DNA from: an uncultured Planctomycetaceae bacterium
GTDB lineage: Bacteria > Planctomycetota > Phycisphaerae > SM23-33
Assembly (NCBI GenBank): GCA_964401385.1
Contig: CAYNYF010000007.1
Coordinates: 3,206 to 67,205, forward strand
DNA: 64,000 nucleotides
Reading direction: 5' to 3'
Shown: in pieces, positions 55,410-63,196 of the stretch
How positions within the stretch are numbered: position 1 is the first letter of the stretch
Layout: each line of letters opens with the position of its first letter
Made by a program: the position numbers and the translations under genes
Notes under the pieces: generated by a model
The model's input: only the letters and a program-made list of their open reading frames with translations
Database searches by the model: none
What the model was told of the DNA's origin: nothing

Positions 55410-56888
55410 CTATTCGTATTCCTTCGGATTTACCCCCGGTCTTGATGACGGCTTGGTGGTGGGCCCGGCCACGGGCAGCCCGGTCGCCGGCAGCGACTCT
55501 GCCGAATCGCCAGTCTTCGGCGATTCCTGGACGTCCGGCTTGGTGGGCTTGGGCTTGACCGGCTTAACCACCTCAACCTTGGGGGCAGGCACGGTGGTCG
55601 GGGTTAGCACGACGACCGAGATCGTCTCGGCCGTCGCGGCCGGCTGGGTGGTAACAGCCGGCTGGGTGGTAGCCGCCGGCCGGGTGGTGGCAGCGGGTCG
55701 AGTGGTGGCAGCGGGTCGGGTGGTGGGACCCGGCCGGGTCGTGGTGGGGCGCGGGTGAGGCGCGGGAGTCTTCAGCACGACGATCTGCTCGACCTCGACG
55801 ACGTACAAGCCGCTGCCGGCATCGAGCTGCGGAGTGCCAACGACGCCGACGTACGACCCCTCGTATTTGTCAAGCTCCACCACGCCCGTGGTACACTGAA
55901 GGTAGGCGTGGATCAGCGCCCTGTCAGGATCGCGCAGGACGTAGCGCTTGGGCCCGGTCGCCCCGCCGCGGAAAAGGCCGCTGGGGGCCAGCACGCCCTC
56001 CACCGCGTACACCCTTCGCCGCCGGACCTTGGGGATTTCCGCCTGGATCTTTTCGCGTTCGGCCGCCCATTTCGCCCGCGTGGTCTCTGTCTCGCGGATA
56101 AGCTGCTCGACGATCTTGGCATCGGCGGCCTGGGCAATCTCGTCCTGGAGATACTGCAACCGGGCCTTCACCCAGGGCATCAGCGGGCTGTCGGGGGAGA
56201 CTTCGATCGCCTTGTACTTGTCCACCAGGGCCGCCAGATTCCTCTGGGCCGCGGGCTTCTCGAACTCTTTGTTCAGCTCCCGCTCGGCCGCCTGGAACTG
56301 CGCCCGCTCCTCGGCCAGCACGTCCATGACGGGGGCAGGCAGGACGACGGTCGTGGTCGGCGTGGTCGGCGGCGCTGCCGGCTGTGTGGGCATGGTGGTG
56401 AGCGACTCGGCCCCGGATGCCTTGACGTAGTCGGCGGCGATCCACAGGTGCACGCCCGCCAGCGGCACGATCTTGTAGAAATCGCCCAGCTCGCCCAGGA
56501 TGGTGACCTTGTCTCCGACGTTGAGGCGTCCCTGAATTCTGTCGGTTCGAGCGGGCGTGACCGCGCTGCCGGCGCGGACGCGGACATGGGTACCGGTGAC
56601 GGTGCCCTCGTTGCCGTCGCGCCGAACGTAGTCCTTGGAGATCAGGCTGAAGCAGATCCGCGGCGGACGCACCTCGACCCAGCCGTTCGCCTCGCCGACC
56701 ACCCGCACCTTGGCGGGATACGACAGCTTCGCGCAGGCATAGTAGGCCTGCCCCGGACCGGAGCGGACGTAAACGTCCTTGCCGGCAACCACGCCCGTGT
56801 ACGGGAACTTTGACACTGCGATGGTCTGGGCCAAGAGCCCGGCGGCCACCAGGACCACCAATGTTCCAAAGACCGTTCTCGAGAACAT
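55410..56888 (-). CDS. secreted SH3b domain protein with coiled-coil middle and Pro/Thr-rich C-terminal tandem repeats
   Basis: Signal peptide MFSRTVFGTLVVLVAAGLLA. Two SH3_3-like segments (GKDVYVRSGPGQAYYACAKLSYPAKVRVVGEANGWVEV; THVRVRAGSAVTP...GDKVTILGELGDFYKI). TTRPAA x5 repeats. Confidence 0.75.
   Translation of the reverse strand: MFSRTVFGTLVVLVAAGLLAQTIAVSKFPYTGVVAGKDVYVRSGPGQAYYACAKLSYPAKVRVVGEANGWVEVRPPRICFSLISKDYVRRDGNEGTVTGTHVRVRAGSAVTPARTDRIQGRLNVGDKVTILGELGDFYKIVPLAGVHLWIAADYVKASGAESLTTMPTQPAAPPTTPTTTVVLPAPVMDVLAEERAQFQAAERELNKEFEKPAAQRNLAALVDKYKAIEVSPDSPLMPWVKARLQYLQDEIAQAADAKIVEQLIRETETTRAKWAAEREKIQAEIPKVRRRRVYAVEGVLAPSGLFRGGATGPKRYVLRDPDRALIHAYLQCTTGVVELDKYEGSYVGVVGTPQLDAGSGLYVVEVEQIVVLKTPAPHPRPTTTRPGPTTRPAATTRPAATTRPAATTQPAVTTQPAATAETISVVVLTPTTVPAPKVEVVKPVKPKPTKPDVQESPKTGDSAESLPATGLPVAGPTTKPSSRPGVNPKEYE
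55636..55745 (-). repeat. 18-bp tandem repeats (about 6 units) encoding (A/T)TTRPA repeats in the SH3 protein C-terminus
   Basis: acagccggctgggtggta / gccgccggccgggtggtg / gcagcgggtcgagtggtg / gcagcgggtcgggtggtg ... Confidence 0.7.
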
Positions 56889-57045
56889 GATCAGCTCCTT
56901 CGTGCCAATCAAACCGACTTCCACAGCCCTCCCTAGCACGCCTCCGGGGCCATGTCAACTCCGCTGCCGCCGGGCATTTGGCCGGCCGGACAGTTCGCCG
57001 GCTTCGGCGAAGCACGCTTGCCTGCCGCCGCCCACGCCGGATATA

Positions 57046-57603
57046 GTGATCTCCGTGGGTGAGCCCTCGCACAACGCAGAGAGAAAGATCAACATTCACG
57101 CCCCCTGGCGAATCGAATACATCCGCACCCTCGACGATCGGCAGGACGGGTGCTTCCTCTGCCGCGCCCGCGACGAGACCGACCGGGAGGAGGACAACCT
57201 CCTGCTCTGGCGGACCGGCAAGTGCCTGGTGGTGATGAACAAATTCCCTTACACCGGCGGGCACCTGCTGATCGCCCCGTCCGAGCACGTCGGCTCCATG
57301 GACCACCTCGACGGGGAGGTGATGCGGGAGTTGATGGAACTCACGCGCGACTGCCTGAAGCTGCTGAGCCGCACCATCCGCGCCGGGGGCTTCAACATCG
57401 GCATCAACATCGGGCGCTGTGCCGGGGCGGGGCTGCCGGATCACCTGCACCTGCACGTCGTGCCGCGATGGAGCGGCGACACGAACTTCATGGCCGTGCT
57501 CGGGGACGTGCGGATTATTCCTCAAAGCCTGAAAGACTTGCGCCGACAACTGCTCCGGGCCGGCCAGGAACTGAAACTGCCGAGCGCAGTGTATGGCCGA
57601 TGA
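57046..57603 (+). CDS. HIT family hydrolase (histidine triad protein)
   Basis: APWRIEYI N-terminal motif, CFLC, and histidine triad HLHLHVVPR. GTG start at 57046 (or 57055) chosen because the upstream part of the ORF overlaps the SH3 gene. Stop overlaps the dgt start. Confidence 0.7.
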   Translation: MISVGEPSHNAERKINIHAPWRIEYIRTLDDRQDGCFLCRARDETDREEDNLLLWRTGKCLVVMNKFPYTGGHLLIAPSEHVGSMDHLDGEVMRELMELTRDCLKLLSRTIRAGGFNIGINIGRCAGAGLPDHLHLHVVPRWSGDTNFMAVLGDVRIIPQSLKDLRRQLLRAGQELKLPSAVYGR

Positions 57604-58744
57604 GATTTCAAGAGACCCTCTCGCCGGTCAGGAAAGCCAACTGATCGGCTGCGCCCTGCGCGTGGCCGACAGCGGCGGCCGGAAGCACCCCGAGGCCGAG
57701 CACCCCTACCGAAGCTGCTACCAGCGCGACCGCGACCGGATCATACACTGCTCCGCCTTCCGCCGGCTGGACTACAAGACGCAGGTCTTCGTCCCGCACG
57801 AGGACGACCATCACCGCACGCGGCTGACCCACACCCTGGAGGTCGCCCAGATCGGCCGGACCCTGGCGCGGGCGATCGGCGCCAACGAAGACGTGGCCGA
57901 GGCGGTCGCGCTGGCGCACGACCTGGGGCACCCGCCCTTCGGCCATGCCGGCGAGGCGGCCCTGGATAAGCTGATGGCCGATCACGGGCGCTTCGAGCAC
58001 AACCTTCAGACGCTGCGGGTGGTGGACTACCTGGAGCGGCCCTACCCCGACTTTCACGGCCTGAACCTGACAAACGCCGTCCGCTGCTGCCTGGAGCGGC
58101 GCGGGAGGCGACCGGACGGGCCGGCGGCCGCGGCCGCCGACAACGCCCCCCAGGCGCCGCTGGAGGGCCAATTGGTCGAGCTGGCCGACGACATTGCCTA
58201 CACCTCGGCCGACCTGTACGACGCCCTGGCGGCGGGGTGGATCGACCTCGACCAGCTCGGCGAGCTGCCGCTGTGGCGGCGGGCGTGGGAGATGGCGGCG
58301 GCGGCGATGCCGTCGGCCCACACGATCCACAAACGCATCCGGGCCTGCCGCAACGTCCTGGCCGTCGCCTGCGACGACGTGATCGACCAGACGCGCCGGC
58401 AGATCGGGGAGATGCGGCTCGCCTCCCCGGCCGACGTGCAGTCGGCGGCTCGACGATGCGCCGCCTTCAGCCCCGAGCTGGCGCCGCAGGTCGACCAAAT
58501 GGGGCGGTTCCTGCTGGAGAAAGTCTACCGCCACCCGGTCGCGCTGGGCCACGACGCCGAGGCGGGGCGGATCATCGCCGACCTGTTCGGGGCGTATCTG
58601 GCCTCGCCGTCACTGCTGCCCGCCCGCTATCGCCGCCGGATCGACAGCGAAGGGCCCCACCGCGTCGCCTGCGACTACATCGCCGGCATGACCGACCGCT
58701 TTTGCCGAAAGGAACTTGCCCGCATAGCCGCGGACCGGCCATAG
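57593..58744 (+). CDS. dgt: deoxyguanosinetriphosphate triphosphohydrolase-like protein (HD domain)
   Basis: HD motif HTLEV...AHDLGHPPFGHAGE. DDIAYTSADL. C-terminal DYIAGMTDRF. 383 aa. Confidence 0.85.
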   Translation: MADEISRDPLAGQESQLIGCALRVADSGGRKHPEAEHPYRSCYQRDRDRIIHCSAFRRLDYKTQVFVPHEDDHHRTRLTHTLEVAQIGRTLARAIGANEDVAEAVALAHDLGHPPFGHAGEAALDKLMADHGRFEHNLQTLRVVDYLERPYPDFHGLNLTNAVRCCLERRGRRPDGPAAAAADNAPQAPLEGQLVELADDIAYTSADLYDALAAGWIDLDQLGELPLWRRAWEMAAAAMPSAHTIHKRIRACRNVLAVACDDVIDQTRRQIGEMRLASPADVQSAARRCAAFSPELAPQVDQMGRFLLEKVYRHPVALGHDAEAGRIIADLFGAYLASPSLLPARYRRRIDSEGPHRVACDYIAGMTDRFCRKELARIAADRP

Positions 58745-59541
58745 CCGGCGAGGCGGCCCTGGATAAGCTGATGGCCGATCACGGGCGCTTCGAGCACAAC
58801 CTTCAGACGCTGCGGGTGGTGGACTACCTGGAGCGGCCCTACCCCGACTTTCACGGCCTGAACCTGACAAACGCCGTCCGCTGCTGCCTGGAGCGGCGCG
58901 GGAGGCGACCGGACGGGCCGGCGGCCGCGGCCGCCGACAACGCCCCCCAGGCGCCGCTGGAGGGCCAATTGGTCGAGCTGGCCGACGACATTGCCTACAC
59001 CTCGGCCGACCTGTACGACGCCCTGGCGGCGGGGTGGATCGACCTCGACCAGCTCGGCGAGCTGCCGCTGTGGCGGCGGGCGTGGGAGATGGCGGCGGCG
59101 GCGATGCCGTCGGCCCACACGATCCACAAACGCATCCGGGCCTGCCGCAACGTCCTGGCCGTCGCCTGCGACGACGTGATCGACCAGACGCGCCGGCAGA
59201 TCGGGGAGATGCGGCTCGCCTCCCCGGCCGACGTGCAGTCGGCGGCTCGACGATGCGCCGCCTTCAGCCCCGAGCTGGCGCCGCAGGTCGACCAAATGGG
59301 GCGGTTCCTGCTGGAGAAAGTCTACCGCCACCCGGTCGCGCTGGGCCACGACGCCGAGGCGGGGCGGATCATCGCCGACCTGTTCGGGGCGTATCTGGCC
59401 TCGCCGTCACTGCTGCCCGCCCGCTATCGCCGCCGGATCGACAGCGAAGGGCCCCACCGCGTCGCCTGCGACTACATCGCCGGCATGACCGACCGCTTTT
59501 GCCGAAAGGAACTTGCCCGCATAGCCGCGGACCGGCCATAG
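58745..59541 (+). pseudogene. exact tandem duplicate of the 3' 797 bp of dgt (C-terminal 265 codons, no start, different frame)
   Basis: nt 57947-58743 are repeated identically at 58744-59540. Identical ORF fragments appear twice in the six-frame track (for example 57608..58552 and 58675..59349 minus; 58194..58382 and 58991..59179 plus). Confidence 0.6.
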
Positions 59542-59623
59542 CCGGCACGCCCGAGCCCGCGCAAAAGAACGCGGCGGCCCATGACGGACCGCCGCGGAAG
59601 ACGTCGCTGCCGGCCAAGCCGGC

Positions 59624-61441
59624 TTATTCGGATTTCTTCTCGCCGCCTTCTTCCTCGCCAGGCTCTTCCTCGGCCGGCGCTTCTTCGGCCGGCGCTTCTT
59701 CGGCGGGCGCTTCTTCGGCCGGTTGCTCCTCGGGGGGCGCTTCGGCCTCTTCGATCTCTTCAACGTAGACGTCGTCCAGGTCCGTGGCGTCGACCTTCTG
59801 ACGCAGGATGAAGTAGATGTTCGTGGCGGCCGAGAAGACAAAGCACGCCAGGAACGCCAACACCACCGCGCTGACCAGATACACCCACAACATCAGGATC
59901 GTCGCAGCGACCGCCTCGGAGCCGTTCATGGCCTCCCACTGCATCGGCCCATGGAACTGGCTGAAGGTCGGCTGGGCCCACATGACGTCCAGCTTGCCGC
60001 CCCCGGTGGCGTACTCCGGCCGGGCGTCGGCCCGCATCCACCATCCCGCCCAGTGATGAACCGTCCGCAGCGAGATGAAGGCGAACAGCCGCACGAACAG
60101 GTAGCAGATCGTCCCGTATACCGCCGCCGCCAGCCAGTAAAACCCGTAGCGGAACGGCCGGGCGAAGACGTAGCTGAAGGACCGGCTCAAGGCGTCGAAG
60201 CCGTCGGAGCCCTCCACCGCGATGGTCGGCCACATCAGCGGCGACCCGCCGACCAGGCCGATCGTCAGGAACGCGCAGATCAGCCCGGCCAGCAACGGCA
60301 GGAAGAACAGGAGGGCGAACAGCCACTCGCCCACCCATGGAATGGCCCCGACCAGGCCGGCCAGGGCGATGCAGAAGCCCAGGAATATGATGAATCCGAG
60401 CGGCAGCAGCGGCGCCCCGAAGAAGCTCAGGAACTTGGAAAGGCTGAACTTCACCGCCGCCACCATCGAGATCTTTTCCTCGCGAGCGGCGTGCAAGGCG
60501 GCAATGCGGCAGATCGCCCCGCCCAGCAGCGCCCACAGCGCCAGGGCAACCACAACGTAGATGATCGTATACACCGGGTACATCCAGAACATCCAGGATA
60601 CGCCCCAGGCCATCAGCATCAGCCAAGCCAGCAGCCCGTACCTCTCCGGATCCTGGACGGCCCCGGCCTCGACGAAGTCGGGCCGATTCTGCCTGGCCCG
60701 CGCGCCGTATCCGACCGGCGTCATCGAGCCGTGATTCCGATACAGAAGCCCGACCCCGGCCGTGAACCGTGCCCGCGTCACCGCGGAGAAGGCATTGGCA
60801 AGGCAATACCCCTGCCAATCCAGGAAGCTGGCGAAGATCCGCCCCCCCCGGATCCCGCTCAGACTGGCCTTGCGCTGGATATATTCGGTCAGCGCGGTCC
60901 GCTTACCCGCCAGCAGGACCTCCTTGGCCTCTTCCTTCTTCTCCTCCCGGGTTTTGGCGGCCGCATCCTCCTTTCCAATCTGCTTTACCCGCTCCGAGTA
61001 GGCCTTATCGGCGTCCTCGACGGCGGCTTCGTAAGCCTTGCGGCTGCCTTCGCCGACCAGCTCGAAGACCTCCTCAAAGTCCTTCTTGGCCGTCATCCCC
61101 TCCTCCAGCTTCACGAAGTCCGTGAGCTGCCCAACCATTCCCTGCAACGCGAAGACTCGGGTTTCCTCGCGCCAAGTCTTTTTGGCTTCCAGGAATGCGC
61201 TCCGGCTGGGGGCAGTCCACAGGGCCCAGGCCTCGTTCCTCGGCACACGGTTGGTCTCGGAGGCGCCCGACCATATCGGGTCCATGACGACCCGCCCTAT
61301 GGCCCAGGTCAGGGCGATCGCCAGCAAGGCCAGCAGCAGCTTGCTGGGATGGACCGCCATTTTGAAGCTCTTGAAGATCTGAGGAAAACTGAAGACCTCG
61401 TTCCAGCTAACCTTTCGCAACGCCTGCTGTTCGTCGGCCAT
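59624..61441 (-). CDS. polytopic integral membrane protein with acidic Glu/Ala/Pro-rich C-terminal tail; hypothetical
   Basis: 605 aa, at least 8 hydrophobic helices. Amphipathic or coiled N-terminal region. C-terminal EEAPAEEAPAEEAPAEEEPGEEEGGEKKSE. Confidence 0.7.
   Translation of the reverse strand: MADEQQALRKVSWNEVFSFPQIFKSFKMAVHPSKLLLALLAIALTWAIGRVVMDPIWSGASETNRVPRNEAWALWTAPSRSAFLEAKKTWREETRVFALQGMVGQLTDFVKLEEGMTAKKDFEEVFELVGEGSRKAYEAAVEDADKAYSERVKQIGKEDAAAKTREEKKEEAKEVLLAGKRTALTEYIQRKASLSGIRGGRIFASFLDWQGYCLANAFSAVTRARFTAGVGLLYRNHGSMTPVGYGARARQNRPDFVEAGAVQDPERYGLLAWLMLMAWGVSWMFWMYPVYTIIYVVVALALWALLGGAICRIAALHAAREEKISMVAAVKFSLSKFLSFFGAPLLPLGFIIFLGFCIALAGLVGAIPWVGEWLFALLFFLPLLAGLICAFLTIGLVGGSPLMWPTIAVEGSDGFDALSRSFSYVFARPFRYGFYWLAAAVYGTICYLFVRLFAFISLRTVHHWAGWWMRADARPEYATGGGKLDVMWAQPTFSQFHGPMQWEAMNGSEAVAATILMLWVYLVSAVVLAFLACFVFSAATNIYFILRQKVDATDLDDVYVEEIEEAEAPPEEQPAEEAPAEEAPAEEAPAEEEPGEEEGGEKKSE
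59671..59730 (-). repeat. 15-bp tandem repeats (x4) encoding EEAPA repeats
   Basis: cggccggcgcttctt x2, cggcgggcgcttctt, cggccggttgctcct. Confidence 0.7.
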
Positions 61442-61813
61442 GACAATTCCTTTCGATTGCGATTCAGCCGGCCGGGGAGCCCGCTCCTCATAACAAGCCC
61501 CACGCCACCCCTCGATGTTGGCGGAGGCAAGCCACCTTATGATCGCCGCGAATTATAGCCTTTCTCGGACGGCATGCAATCAATTTTCGAATGAAAGTCG
61601 CCGCCGGACAGACACCTAAGTACTACAACGCCACGAAGGCTCAAGAGAATCTATGCCGCAAGCCGGTGGCGTCTTCCAGGAACCCGATTCCTGGAAGGAG
61701 ACAAGGCGTGGACGCCAACACGATTCTCAAGGTTAGCAGCCCGTGGAGAAAGGCCTCTTGAGACGCACGGTATGGTAATCCTTGAAGCGGTCAAGGAGGA
61801 CGCGCACGTGGCG

Positions 61814-62250
61814 ATGGGCAAGCGGGCGAGGGAACGGCAGCCGGAGCTGTGGGTGGCGGTAACCGAGATGCCCCAGGCCCCGGGGCATCCTTTCTGTCGG
61901 AAGCTGAATGGACTGCCGGGAGAGCACGGCTTCGACGGGTTTGTGGAGGGGGCCGTGTCAGCCGTTCTGCCACGATTGACCGGCCCGGCCGAGCATTCCG
62001 CCTGGGGTGTACTTCCGCATGCTGCTGATCGGCTACTTCGAGGGGATCGACTCGGAGCGTGGGATCGCCTGGGGTTGCACGGATAGTCTGACGCTTCGGG
62101 AGTTCCCGGGCTGCGGCCTGAAGGAATCGACCCCCGACCATTGCAGCCTGAGCAGGATCCGTCAGCGTCTGGCCGTGGAGACGCACGAGGAGGTCTTCAC
62201 CTGGGTTCTCAAGCGTCTGGCCGAGACGGGCCTGAACCTCCGCGGCCTCT
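61814..62250 (+). mobile_element. IS5/IS1182-family transposase remnant (N-terminal about 150 aa, frameshifted and 3'-truncated; DUF772-type N-terminal domain)
   Basis: MGKRARERQPELWVAVTEMPQAPGHPFCRKLNGLPGEHGFDGFVE (frame A), then after a frameshift near 62000, YFRMLLIGYFEGIDSERGIAWGCTDSLTLREF (frame B). This is the hallmark N-terminus of IS5-group transposases. No DDE domain follows. Confidence 0.65.
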
Positions 62251-62255
62251 CGGCA

Positions 62256-62335
62256 CACGTCCTGCCCGGGAAGTTCACGCTCTACCTCGCCCTGCACTCC
62301 GCCGCCGAGGCCAACAAGGCCGTGAAGGCGATGTG
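62256..62335. repeat. direct repeat R1 (about 80 bp), left flank of DUF4160/DUF2442 module
   Basis: cacgtcctgcccgggaagttcacgctctacctcgccctgcactccgccgccgaggccaacaaggccgtgaaggcgatgtg. About 88 percent identical to R2. Confidence 0.6.
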
Positions 62336-62454
62336 ACGGCGCCGCTTTCGCGCCTGTTTGCCCCGAGCGCTGCTGGCCCTCACCCTCAGGGGCGAACGGA
62401 GTGGAGCAAGACCCACGCCGTTGGCAAGGCTTTCGGTTGTCGGGTAGCCGACGC

Positions 62455-62468
62455 GGGAGTATAATCTA
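62455..62468 (+). promoter_or_regulatory. GGGAGTATAATCTA (-10-like) immediately upstream of the DUF4160 GTG start
   Basis: TATAAT at 62460-62465. Same 14-mer as upstream of paralog gene 1. Confidence 0.3.
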
Positions 62469-62471
62469 TCT

Positions 62472-62708
62472 GTGCCCACGGCCTTCAGAGCAAAGGGCTA
62501 CCGGTTCTTCTTTTTCAGCTTGGAAGGATCGGAACGCCTCCACGTTCACGTCGAGAAGGCGGGGGCGTACGCCAAGTTTTGGCTGGAGCCGGTGTCGCTG
62601 GCAAGAAACCGGGGCTTCCGCAGCCACGAGTTGACCGAGATCAGGAAACTCGTCGAGGCGAACCGGGCGATGCTTGAGGAGAAGTGGGATGAGCATCTCG
62701 GACATTAG
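62472..62708 (+). CDS. DUF4160 family protein (toxin-antitoxin-like pair, first gene)
   Basis: 78 aa, GTG start. YRFFFFSLEGSERLHVHVEKAG...AKFWLEP is characteristic of DUF4160. Overlaps the downstream DUF2442 gene. Confidence 0.7.
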   Translation: MPTAFRAKGYRFFFFSLEGSERLHVHVEKAGAYAKFWLEPVSLARNRGFRSHELTEIRKLVEANRAMLEEKWDEHLGH

Positions 62709-62931
62709 GATAGAGCCGCTCGCCACGAGCGTGTCTTTCTCTGCCGATTCCCTCACTGTGGTTCTGGCCGACGGGCGTGAGATCACTGCGCCCCTGGAGT
62801 GGTTCCCGCGTCTCCGCGACGCCGACAATGAGCAGCGGCAGCAGTGGCGCCTGATCGGCGGCGGCGTGGGGATTCATTGGGAGGCCGTTGACGAAGATAT
62901 CTCCGTCGAAAGCCTGCTGTCCTTGGGATGA
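62689..62931 (+). CDS. DUF2442 family protein (second gene of pair)
   Basis: MSISDIRIEPLATSVSFSADSLTVVLADGREITAPLEWFPRLRDA...WRLIGGGVGIHWEAVDEDISVESLL is characteristic of DUF2442. 20-bp overlap with the DUF4160 gene. Confidence 0.7.
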   Translation: MSISDIRIEPLATSVSFSADSLTVVLADGREITAPLEWFPRLRDADNEQRQQWRLIGGGVGIHWEAVDEDISVESLLSLG

Positions 62932-62944
62932 CGGGTCGCCGGGG

Positions 62945-63033
62945 CCTGATCGCCCACGTCCTCGGCGGGAAGTTCACACTCTACCTCGCCCTGGACCCCG
63001 CCGCCGAGGCCAACAAGGCCGTAAAGCCGATGT
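62945..63033. repeat. direct repeat R2 (about 89 bp), right flank of DUF4160/DUF2442 module
   Basis: cacgtcctcggcgggaagttcacactctacctcgccctggaccccgccgccgaggccaacaaggccgtaaagccgatgtgg. Confidence 0.6.
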
Positions 63034-63196
63034 GGCGACGGCTCCCCCGCGCAACGTAGGGCGGGTACGCCTGCCCGCGGAGCCGTAGGGCAGGGAGACT
63101 TCCCTGCCCAATGCGCCCGGATGTTGGCTTCCGTGCCGGGCGCTCACGCAGACAAGGCGGGTGGCAGGCATTTTCCCCACCCTTTGAAGAGAGTCT

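Noticed and set aside
57593-59541. Second dgt gene from the duplicated segment (ORF 58237..59541)
   Set aside because: Its N-terminal 170 aa are a wrong-frame read through the first copy. Only the duplicated 3' part matches dgt, and it lacks its own start, so it is called a pseudogene fragment instead.
61683-61700. Near-palindrome ccaggaacccgattcctgg upstream of the transposase remnant, considered as an IS terminal inverted repeat
   Set aside because: No matching partner sequence found at the other end of the IS fragment within the window. It could equally be a small hairpin or operator. Insufficient evidence.
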